Of a DNA stretch of 64,000 bases, positions 1-11,160 are shown piece by piece. The stretch's first letter is position 1. Each line of letters starts with the position of its first letter. The translations under genes and the position numbers were made by a program. Source of the stretch: Octopus bimaculoides (lineage: Eukaryota); contig NC_068990.1 of the NCBI RefSeq assembly GCF_001194135.2, positions 72,675,465 to 72,739,464 of the forward strand. Reading direction: 5' to 3'. The notes under the pieces are model-generated. The model was not told where the DNA came from. It saw nothing but the letters and a program-made list of their open reading frames with translations, and made no database searches.

Positions 1-12
1 TATACACATATA

Positions 13-55
<43 letters not shown>

Positions 56-1604
56 CAACATAGGCTGATGTTCTATAGCCTCTATTGGTCAGGGTTAAAG
101 ACACATGTGCACCCACTTACACAGGTAAGGTTTTTGTAGAAGACCACCAGTTGCTCATGCAAGCAAGTCTCCCTTCACCAAGGCAACAATTCTCACAGAG
201 ACACAACCTATTATGAAAGGCTGATACAACCTGGTACCAGAGTTATAAGCATTGCCATAATGGAAAAAAAAAAGTCAGCATCACAAATAGCATTCTAATA
301 GTTCTCCCAATACAGTACCTTTGATTAGTAATGTTCTTTTTATATATATATATTTTTACCCCAAAAGGATGAAAGACAAAAATGGTTACAGCAGAAGATG
401 GATTCAGAGTTTCTCTCTATATATCTATCTAAGTATAACTGCAACACATTAACTTCTCAGCCATTGAGTCATTAAGTAGCTCTACAGCTAAATGAAAATC
501 ATATTTATTTGTGTGTATCTGTGCATGTACACATATGTATGTATGTGTGTGCATGTATATGATTGTGTGTGTGTATGTGCAGTGCATGTATGAGTGTGTG
601 TGTTTATGTGTGTACACAGAGGCAGGTGTATGTGTGTACACGGAGGCAGGTGAATGTGCCTTTCTGTGTGTGTGTGTGTGTGTGGCAACATTATTTCATA
701 CTCATCTATATATCTGTATTTCATAATGAATAGCCAGAGGTGACAGTGGAGAAAACATCTATACTAACATGAGAGCATCTACATAATTGCAGCACAGAGA
801 TCAACACACACACACACACATGATAGTGACTAAACATATGAAATGGATTATACTCTATATGTTCTTTAATTGTATTGAGTTATTCGAGTAATCATAGTCT
901 ATGTCTAGATTGTGGAGTTTACGTGTGCACACACAACATGTACACACTGAGGTTCTGTCTCACAGATTTCATTCACATGGCATTAATCAACCTGAAGATA
1001 TAGTAGAAGACAATTGCCTAATATGGCATGCAGTAGGAATCAATTTTGAGCCATGTGCTGTACAGAGATCTTCTAAACCATGCACAGCCACATTTACAGT
1101 CAATATGCATATATTTTCTCTAAATTATAATTATTATTTTTAACAACATACATTGGTGGAATTGTGCAATAAGTTCACCCGCCTCCTATGTAACTTTTCT
1201 ATCTGTCTCAAAAAAATTTCTTGATGCTCTGAGAGGTGGGAACATATCTAAATATTAGTTTTGTCATCTTTTAACCACCTCTGCCTTCTGTTTCTGAGTA
1301 TGCAACCAGCTATAGATTTTCAACATTTTTTTCCCTGGATTTTCTAAATTATAGGTTTTAAACGTATGGAATTTTAAAACTGCAGAAAAGAAATTAAATT
1401 TAGGGTTTGTGCGTTAAAAAGTGGGGTTTAGGAGCTGGGGCTTTGATTAGGAATTAGAATTAGGGTTAGATTTTGGAGTGTGGTTTAGCTTAGGGCTGGA
1501 ATTAACTAAAAAAAATGAAGAAGGTTGAAAAAAAAACAAAACAGAATGTGAATTATATTTATTTCCAGAATCATAATTTTCAATATTTAAAGAATCTTTC
1601 TACT

Positions 1605-1750
1605 GCATCATCATCATCATCGTTTAACGTCCGCTTTCCATGCTAGCATGGGTTGGACGAGTTGACTGAGGACTGGTGAAACCGGATGGCAACACCAGGC
1701 TCCAATCTAAATTTGGCAGTTTCTACAGCTGGATGCCCTTCCTAACGCCT
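1605..1750 (-). mobile_element. 3' end of an RTE-related retroposon with (GAT)n tail
   Basis: (CAT)n followed by cgtttaacgtccgctttccatgctagcatgggttgga, the reverse complement of the tail of the 10715-11053 copy. A related copy lies at about 52065-52200. Confidence 0.7.
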
Positions 1751-2083
1751 CATCATCATTAATTGTATATCTGCATGGGTTTAACAAGATTTCTTATAGT
1801 ATTCTATGGATGGATGCCATTCCTATCCCCAACCCTTATGTTTTCAAGTGAAGCAATTTAGTGTATGCACATCACCACTGCCCAAATGCATCACTGCAAA
1901 AACTCATGGAGACAAATGCATACATGCACAAACACACTTGAATGAATATGTATACACACACACACACATATATATATACACATACTGATATATATATATA
2001 ATATATATATATATATACATACATATGCACACACACACACATTCATATATATACACACACACACATTCTTACATATATACACA

Positions 2084-2138
<55 letters not shown>

Positions 2139-3534
2139 GCATCATATACTCTCACACACTCACAACCATTAAATTATCCCTTATATATTATTACAATGCA
2201 TACAATACTTAACAACTAAAATAATATTTATATCATCTGTAGAAATTGCTAAATAAATAAAAGAACTAATAAAAAGTTTTAAAAATTCTATACTTTTGAA
2301 TGTTGCATATGCTTGGTGTAGACAGTGGCAATGTAAACAAACAACTACATTAATAAAAAAAACCGTATCAATATTATAGCTCAAAATACAAAACAACAGC
2401 AACCCAGTGCCCCTCCAAGCACACCCCATTGTGGGTTTAGTGTTATATAGTCCTTCATGATAATCCGTGTAGAATCATTTCAGAATAATTCATATTGTAA
2501 AATTAGTATATTAACAATAAAATAGTTTATAAAAAGTGAGTGCATAGATGGAGTTCTTTTTTTTTTTTAACTTGTGTCTGTCTGTCTGTCTGTCTATCTG
2601 TCTTTGTATCCCTGGGTTTAGAATATATATAAAATATAGCTATGCATACACATACACACATAACTACATATATGTATATATGTATCTGTATGTGAATACA
2701 CACACACACACACACTCACTCAGTGGTGTGTGTGTTTGTATATGGATATTAGTGTGCATAAGTATGTATTTATGTGTGTGTATGTGTATGTATATATACA
2801 TTTTATATATATATATTCCAAGCACATTGATGTGAGTGTGTCTGTGTGTATATATATATACATTTTTAATAAACAAACACTGAAGCATCAAGTGCGTGAC
2901 AAATTTTTTTTAGAAATTAAGAAATAAAGTGGCCAGCTGCTACTCAATTCTCTGTCGTGGCTCCAGGCCACCTATTCCCTTCTATAGGGTTACTTTACCA
3001 GATTTTCTGAATCTATTCTTATGTTTGAGCTATATACATACATACACACACGTGTGTGTGTGTATGTTTGTACCCATATTATATATTACATGCACAAACA
3101 TACATAGACACACAGACACATGTCTACATACTATGCATGTATATAAATATATATAATTAAGTATGTTTGTACATATACACTTTATAAATTTTGATCATGG
3201 TCGAGAAGACATTAACTTAAGTAAGTACTCAATATTTAATGATGCAGAGTCAATATTTCTTTCATCAACCGGGTGATGCCTTACAAAAGAATAACGGCCT
3301 TAATACATTTCTGTGTGTTTTCAAAGGCTAGACTGAGTGTAAAGCGGAACCATACAGTGTATACATACATTGGTAAACAACCACATGGCTGATAGTTATA
3401 GCGAGGGATACGTAAGTGCATGCATATCTAAGTGCATACAATAGTTGTGTTGTTAACGTTGGTGATAAATATATAAGAGAACTATGGAGCAGAAACTGAA
3501 TTAGCGAATCATAAGCCAGTTGCTGATTAACTGG

Positions 3535-3537
<3 letters not shown>

Positions 3538-3585
<48 letters not shown>

Positions 3586-3653
3586 NNNNNNNNNNNNNNN
3601 NNNNNNNNNNNNNNNNNNNNNNNNNNNNNNNNNNNNNNNNNNNNNNNNNNNNN

Positions 3654-3722
<69 letters not shown>
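3538..3722. repeat. (GA)n microsatellite spanning an N gap
   Basis: Direct reading; gap at 3586-3653. Confidence 0.95.
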
Positions 3723-3727
<5 letters not shown>

Positions 3728-4010
3728 TAATACCCTTAAATATAGGGGGTTAATGCTTAGTAATTGACCAAATTCGATTATCATCTGTGACGGTTTGAGA
3801 AATGAATGGCTATATGTTAGTATTATTATAAAATTTAACTCTCTAAAACTGGGAAAGGTAGGCAATGATTTGAATCAAGCCAAGGATTAGTTTAGTGATT
3901 TACTCCTCAAGGTGAGTTTGTGAAGCATATTGGGAGAATGCATGCGGTAACGTAGAGTATATTTGTAAGCCTTTTGCCCAGCATGTTAACAATTCTGCCA
4001 GCTGGCTACC

Positions 4011-4048
<38 letters not shown>

Positions 4049-4059
4049 TGTAGAACTAG

Positions 4060-4660
4060 TGGTAATGGTGATAAAGATGGAAATGTTATGAAGAGTAGTT
4101 TCAAAATGTTCACAAAAATGAAATTAAAAATGGGTATTTGAAGTTGGAACAAGTCAGTAGTTTTAAATATTTTGAAAATGATCATCACATCAAATGAGAA
4201 AAATATCAAAGAAATTAATGGAAGGATTCAACAGGCCAAAGCTGCTTTCAATGACAGAAATGGCTATCAATAAGAATAAGGGTAAAGAATTTCGGAGACA
4301 TACATAAAAGCTTTCCTTACATATGGTTGTGTGACCTGGAACACCAACAGCCAAGTGCATAAACTTGTCAATGCTGCAGAGATGTGGTTCCTTGTAGAGA
4401 TCATCAGAAAACATTGTGATAACATAAGGAGGCAACAGGCTAATTGGGCACTATATGAGGCAACAAAACCCTGAACACTTAGTAACAACTATAAATCTGA
4501 AAAGAAGCTGAAGAGAGAGAGAGAGAAAAGACAGTGACACAATGGCCTCATGAACTGGTTAGACAAAAACCAATCCAATAACTTGCTAAGTTCAGTGTTG
4601 AGCAGGAGTAATTACTGATGCCAATGGACACAATACAAAATAGAGTTGAAGTAAGTATAA
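4060..4660 (+). mobile_element. Degenerate 3' fragment of an RTE-clade LINE (C-terminal part of ORF2)
   Basis: Frameshifted translation gives LKLEQVSSFKYF / IITSNEKNIKEINGRIQQAKAAF / FLTYGCVTWNTNSQVHKLVNAAEMWFL, followed by GH-x-MR- and EHLVTT-like remnants. This matches the recalled RTE C-terminal pattern (LEQVxxFKYLG...LLYGCETW...AFEMWxxRR). Followed by an (AAT)n tract. Confidence 0.8.
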
Positions 4661-4689
4661 TAATAATAATAATAATGATAATAATATTA

Positions 4690-4845
4690 ATAATAATCCT
4701 TTCTACTGAAGGCACAAGTCCTGAAATGTGGGAGGATAAGGCAAATCAACAACACTGACTCCTGGACAACTGGTACTTATTTTATCAACCCCCAAAAGGA
4801 TGAAAGACAAAGTTGACTCTCGGCAGAATTTGAATTCAGAATAAT
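4690..4845 (-). mobile_element. tRNA-derived SINE, family B, partial
   Basis: ggtacttattttatcaacccccaaaaggatgaaagacaaagttgac...gaatttgaattcagaa is the reverse complement of the core shared with the 37 kb and 55 kb copies. Other minus copies at about 24260-24380, 26345-26460 and 44205-44355. Confidence 0.75.
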
Positions 4846-5423
4846 ATTTTTGTAGCTATTATGTGTGTGTGTGTGTGTGTGTGTGTGTGAGAGATATGGG
4901 GGGGGGGACTAATCCAAATATTCTAAATTCAATAGATCCATAGAATAGTAAAGCACCAATAACTTTTTTAAACAAAATCAAAATTTGATTGCTGTGGTTT
5001 TATCACAACGGGCAACAATAAAATAGTCTTTGAGTCACAAACTTTCTTATGCTATTGACTAAATTGTATCTTAGAAAATGTAATCACAGACCTCAAATTC
5101 AAACAGTAATAGGTGTAGCTATGAAATTGGTTAGAGCCTAAAATTAAATAACAAAAATTTTCAGCTTGTTTGAAAATCAATTTCTAGTCTTAATTTTTTT
5201 TTTGCATAAAATTTTTATTTTTATTATACTTATAAGAAAAATACAATATCTTTGAGGTTTTATGGTTAAGCCACCTCATGGCAGTATATTTGAATATCTC
5301 AAGCGATTTCATTTCAGTATTGGAATGCACTAAAGTGATATAAATGTGCCGGGTATGTAAATCAGTTTGTTTCATTACTTTCAGATGTTTTACTTATAAA
5401 GTTTCTCTGGCATAAGATAACAG

Positions 5424-5510
5424 AAAAAAAAAGCAGTTATCAAAGAAAAAAAAATAGCAGTTATCAAAGAAAAAAAGTGTTATAAAAAAAAAAGCAGTTA
5501 TCAAAAAAGA
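5424..5510. repeat. Short tandem repeat of an A-run plus gcagttatcaaag unit (3-4 imperfect copies)
   Basis: aaagcagttatcaaa / atagcagttatcaaa recurs three times, with one further degenerate unit. Confidence 0.7.
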
Positions 5511-6780
5511 ACAACGGAGAAAGTAAAAAAAATGTCATGTCATTTCAACAGTTTTGCTTTACGGTGAAGGGTCGTTCAGGAAACTTGATTTTACAATTTC
5601 AATTCATTAAGATGATTTGCATTTAAAATGTAGATCTTTTTAATGATTTAGTCAATAAGAAACATTAGATATCAAGGTGGAAGCATGATGGTGCTAGCAT
5701 CATTGATATATCTCCAATGATGTGATATGCTTATTCATTGACATTATCACTACTCGATGTTCTCAATGAGCTTCTCATATGCATGACTTGCAAAAGCAAC
5801 ACATGAAAAGAAAGGTACAGGAATCAAATATTATCACCAAATTTTTCTCTGATCAAAAACCCACCCCACCAACTACATAGTAATACGATGACTGGAAAAT
5901 AATCTCCATATTATTGAATGTTAATTAAAATGTGAATCACTAACACAAACGTATTAATATAGTGCAAGGTTATTGTTGAGTAGCTCGCAGCCAGCTTCAT
6001 TCAAGTCAACATATAGAATAGACTACTAGATTAAGCTTTCAAGTCCAATATAGTAGCGATGTTATATGTTCCAGTATGATTTTAAGACTATACTGCTCTT
6101 AGCCATATGTATTTATTTTAGTGCTATACAATCACATTGACATCTGACATGTGGCACACCAATCAACTGTACAACACAAACATTTGATCTCTATAAACAA
6201 AACATTAGTGTGAGTTGATCAACAAGAATTTGCAGAATCATCTTTTTTAGACTCAAAAGACTACCAAGAACAAGGGGTACACAGTATACCAATCTGAGTA
6301 TGTAAACAATAGTTTTTTTATTTAGTCTATAAGATATCTTCAAAACTTTGGGAAACAATTGAGTAGAAACTGGTAAGATGGACTTGATTGAAATGCAGTG
6401 GACTCAGTTCCTTGCTAACTCAATGTAGTTTGGTCTAGGGAGAAAACTGATGTAGCTATCTCTTTTCTTTTTTTTTTTCTTTTTCTTTTGCTGTGTCTAG
6501 TACAGACTTAGTAATTGAAATGGTATTCACTCTTCTAGCAGTAGAGTCCTGACATAATTTCAAGATTTCAAACACAGAAATCGATTTACTAAAGATTATA
6601 ATGACTTTTTTCTTTTTTCATAAAACACAATGACTAATTTCAGAAATTGAAATTATTTTAAATTAATCTAAATTAAAATTTGGCTTCAAGTACTAATGTC
6701 AGAGTGAACACAGAATACATATTTTTAACCTAATTGCAAGTGTGTGCATGTATGTGTGTGTGTGTGTGTGTGTGCGTGTG

Positions 6781-6922
6781 TTTATTAATGTTTAGCAGAA
6801 GCATCAGAGTGACTCAAGGTCCAAGGGCTTTGTGCATTGGCACTTATTAAGTTTGATAAGTGCCAACACATGAAACTCTCGGACCTTGAGTCACTCTGTT
6901 GCTTCAACTAAATATTAATAAA
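6781..6922. repeat. Foldback inverted repeat with 67-bp ungapped arms and an 8-nt loop
   Basis: 6781-6847 pairs with 6856-6922 (core cagagtgactcaaggtcc / ggaccttgagtcactctg). I count 11 mismatches, mostly transitions. Loop is taagtttg. Confidence 0.9.
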
Positions 6923-7218
6923 AATATACATATACTCATACTCTGAATTCTATTTTTCCAAATTGCATCAATATATATGTCTTTATGCATGCATATGTGG
7001 TGACGAGAAGTGATAGATGGAAGAGCATTGTAGAAAATGAAGGAGAGCATATTCTAAATTAAAAAAAGAACTTTGTTTATCTTAATTTTGAAAAATAAAA
7101 GAAGTATAAAAAAAACTGCATTATTTATGGGATGACCCAATATATTATGGTTACATGACATAGAATTCCAGTGGAGATTGAATCTACATATTCATTCATA
7201 TTTGCCACTGATCCAAAG

Positions 7219-7250
<32 letters not shown>

Positions 7251-7737
7251 CCTTGCTGAACAAAAACACTTAAATGCAGCTTGTACATGCTCACAATCTT
7301 TGTTAAGACAATTGTTCTTTATGACATGTAATATTCAATCATTTGAAAACAAAGGAAAATTCCTGCACTGATTACTTAGTATTTGCTTTTAAAGAATACT
7401 TCATTAAGGAGAAATTGCTGTAATGCTTGTGGAGTGTGTAATACCATATGAAAATTGACTTACTTGTTTCAGTGGGAGAGGGGACAAATACACACACACA
7501 CACACTTTATTTATAGTATTTATGAGCTTTCACACCAAGTTCTAAAAACATACATACATACATATCTGCATATAACAAGAATAAGGATGGAGAAAATCAC
7601 ATCTTTAATTGGTGATTACACCATTCATTACCAATGATCATTTCTACTGTGCCAGCACATTTAAATACAGAAAAACATATAAAATAACAGTGAAATTGAT
7701 ATATCTGAAAATATATGCTGACACAACGTTCTGAAGG

Positions 7738-7895
7738 TAACCCAACACACACACACACACTATCAACCAAATCCACTGGTAAGGCTTTAGTTGGCCTGGG
7801 GCTATAATAGAATACACTTTCCCAAAATGCTATGCAGTAGGACTGAACCCAGAACCATGTGGTTGAGAAGTAAACTTCTTACCACACAGTCATGT
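7738..7895 (-). mobile_element. tRNA-derived SINE, family A, 5' part
   Basis: ggactgaacccagaaccatgtggttgagaagtaaacttcttaccacacag is the reverse complement of the family A head. Other partial minus copies at about 880-1080, 11593-11995, 52690-52860 and 63690-63810. Confidence 0.75.
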
Positions 7896-7998
7896 GTACA
7901 CTTTCTGGAATTTTATTTTAACAAGCAAAGTCACTAGTTCTTAAATCTGCAAATGAGATATAAGTAGTAACAATACTAGATGGTTAACGTGTTTGTGC

Positions 7999-8206
7999 CA
8001 CTATAACATGGCTGTTCTATAAAGAAACACATTACTACATTTTAATCCCAAGAAAAGGTCTACTGGTCTTACCAAACTGGAGGGGAATGATTTGCTCCCT
8101 TACTCATAATATATCGGATTGTGTGTCATTAACCAGCTGGAAAAGATGGTTTCCTGGGGTTAAAATGTAGTAACATAGTTCTTTATAGAACAGCCATGTT
8201 ATAGTG
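7999..8206. mobile_element. MITE-like element with about 57-bp TIRs and CACTA...TAGTG termini
   Basis: Left cactataacatggctgttctataaagaaacacattactacattttaatcccaagaaa; reverse complement of right cactataacatggctgttctataaagaactatgttactacattttaaccccaggaaa. No coding capacity and no clear TSD. Confidence 0.8.
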
Positions 8207-8314
8207 ACAAATAAAACATTTTGTTTTTCAGAAATTGGTTTGAAGAATAATGTGAGGCTGAACAGGAGAAACACAGCTTAATTATTTTAACATCTAAACT
8301 TATGTATAAAAACA

Positions 8315-9186
8315 TATGAAGTAGTATCAAAGAGTTCCTGGACAAGTTCTGTAGCACACTAACAAATGGCAGCACATAATTGCATGTACAGTGAAGGCTA
8401 ACAGTGACCTTCATGAGACAGTGTGCCAAGTGACAACACTGTGTTTATTTCGCAAGTTGTGAAATTTGTGTTTTTGTGATCACATCTATGCTGTAGTCTG
8501 TGATTTTCTCAAAGAACCAACATGAAATTTCTGCATTAAATTTGGGAAGTTTGCTACAGAGCCATTGAGCATGCTTCAGCAAGCTTATGGCAATGAGTTG
8601 TATGTAATGTTTCAGGTGGCATGGGTGCTTCAAAAAGCAGAAGAACATACCTGGAAGACAATGAGGGATTTGGAAGACCTGCCATGAGCGTCAACCCCAG
8701 AAATGTAGTATTGTGCATTGAGAATTCATCCCCCAGGACTAGACCATCAATTGATAGTTCTACTGCGATATTTTGAAGCATTTGCCGGAGGACATTCAGC
8801 AAAAATGACCGAATCTGTGGAGCATGAAGAATTGAATTCTTCATAACAATGCACCCTGTCACCAAGCTCTCCTCACTTGCGAGTTTCTCACCAAAAACAG
8901 CATAATATTACTTTCGCAACCACCCTATTTACCAGATTTAACACCTGTGGACTTCCAGCTCTTCTCCACAATGAAAATGCAGCTCAAAGGTCACCATTTA
9001 ACATTAATGTTGAGATCCAGAGCAAATTGCAATTACTTCCAGGCTGGATTCCAAAAGCGGCAGGAATGCTGGGACCAGTGTTTTGCTGTGCAAGGTGACT
9101 GTTTCAAAGGTGATGATGTCAACAATTAGACAGGTTATTTTCTATTAAACATAACTAGCCCTGGAAATTTTTGATACCACCTTGTA
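8315..9186 (+). mobile_element. Internally deleted, mutated mariner (Tc1/mariner) element with both TIRs
   Basis: Remnant peptides CIKFGKFATE..MLQQAYGNE, EDNE.FGRP, IVH*EFIPQD*TIN, LHNNAPCH and QPPYLPDLTPVDFQLFSTMKMQLKG (mariner HDNA and YSPDLAPxD motifs). Ends tatgaagtagtatcaaagagttcctggac and the reverse complement tacaaggtggtatcaaaaatttccagggc are related TIRs with TA termini. Confidence 0.9.
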
Positions 9187-10013
9187 GCTACATATTTCAA
9201 AACAAAGAAGTAACTTTGTTATTAAAAAAACAATAAAGCTCTTTCGAATAGTAAGAAAAAAAAAAAAGAAAAAAAAAGGGAACAGCAAAAATCTACAAAA
9301 TACTTCATAAAAATATTTCACATTTACATTTCTCTTTGGTCATATTAGTTCTGAGTTCACATATCACCAAATCCAACATTGATTTGCTTCTCTCCAGGGG
9401 CAAATAATAAAACTAAGGCTGATTATGATAACTAAGCCCTCCCACTAAAATTGTCTTGTGCCTTTTCAAACAAAATCAATATGAGAAGAGCCATACAACC
9501 CATGCCCCTCTACACACACACACACACACAAATATGAGTGNNNNNNNNNNNNNNNNNNNNNNNNNNNNNNNNNNNNNNNNNNNNNNNNNNNNNNNNNNNN
9601 NNNNNNNNNNNNNNNNNNNNNNNNNNNNNNNNNNNNNNNNNNNNNNNNNNNNNNNNNNNNNNNNNNNNNNNNNNNNNNNNNNNNNNNNNNNNNNNNNNNN
9701 NNNNNNNNNNNNNNNNNNNNNNNNNNNNNNNNNNNNNNNNAGGCATGGAAACTCCTTGAAGCTATTCATGCCCTTTCACATGGCTGAAGACGATAATCTG
9801 TCAGCCAATCTGAAATACTGTACTCACTCACATCGATCATTGATCACTGATGGATGTGGGGGCGGGGGTGGGGAAGTGATTAAAAGAAAGAAATTTATCA
9901 AATAATTTCTGAGGCTTTAAATCACTTTCAGTTGTCAACATTAAAATAATTAAAATAATATAATATCGGGAGAACAAAATTAAATAAAAATGGAACACAA
10001 ATAACAAATAAAA

Positions 10014-10062
<49 letters not shown>

Positions 10063-10618
10063 TATTCAAGTTTTTCATGAATATTTGTATTTATGGAACA
10101 CTTATTAATTGCTGCATGTGTTACCATTAATATCTGATCAAAGAAAAGTTGTTATACCTTTTTCTACACTTCATATATTTTCCAACAATTTACAAGAAGA
10201 AAAGGAAACAGTTTTGTGTTTTAAATATTTAAAATGTGTGTATGTGTGTGTGTATGTACATAAAATGAAGAACATTAATAATATCTTTATTAACTTTTAT
10301 AATAATATAAAATGTATTTAAATTACAGTCTATATAGGTAATTGGACCAAAATGCAGTTTATTGTTTTTACTTTCTCTTTTTTTTTTGTTATTTTTTTTT
10401 AATATATCATGCTTATTTATTAGCCGGGAGGGAAAAGCTATTTTTAGCACTTCTAGGTCATCTGATACAATAAGTGGTTAAGGTCGTTGTTGCTGTTGTT
10501 ATTGTTATTGTTGTTGTTGTTATTGTTGCAAGATGGGGAATTATTAATGAAAAATGTATGAAAAGAGAGAAGCTTCACGTGGATGCAGTTCTGGTAAATA
10601 GAAAATGTGTAAACAGTC

Positions 10619-11160
10619 TAACTCTTTAGCATCCAGATTACTTTATCAAATGTAATGTGCGTTATCTTGTAGCTTTCAGATTTCGATGATGTGATTATTC
10701 ATTTTCTAAAATGATCAATGCCAGTTCCCCATCAACTGGCTCCTGTGCCTGTGGCATGTAAAAAGCAGCATCCAAACTTGGTCAATGCCAATGCCAATGC
10801 CACCTGACTGGCTTCTGTGCCGGTGGTACGTAAAAAGCACCATCCGAACTTGGTTGATGACTGGCTCCCATGCTGGTGGCACATAAAAAGCACCCACTAC
10901 ACTTTCGAATGGTTGGTGTTAAGAAGGGCCTCCAGCTGCAGAAGCCTTGCCAGATCAGATTGGAGCCTGGTGCAGCCTTCTGGCTTACCAGTCCCCAGTC
11001 AAACCTTCCAACCCATGCCAGTATGGTAACTGGACATTAAATGATGATGATGATTGACATTGTAGGGTAGGTGTGAGATGCCAGATCTGTCCTGTTTAAA
11101 CATAAAACATGTAGAATATTTGGGCCTGATATGGCTGGTGCTTTAAATGTTAAAGGGTTA
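10619..11160. mobile_element. piggyBac-like MITE interrupted by a retroposon insertion
   Basis: Ends actctttagcat and atgttaaagggtta are decayed CCCTTTAGCAT TIRs. The flanks 10619-10714 and 11054-11160 join into the same sequence as the uninterrupted copy at 33813-34032. Confidence 0.75.
10715..11053 (+). mobile_element. 5'-truncated RTE-tailed retroposon with internal subrepeats and (GAT)n tail
   Basis: Three related units gactggct(c/t)c..tg(c)cggtgg(c/t)acgtaaaaagca, ending ccaacccatgccagtatgg...cattaaatgatgatgat. Confidence 0.75.
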
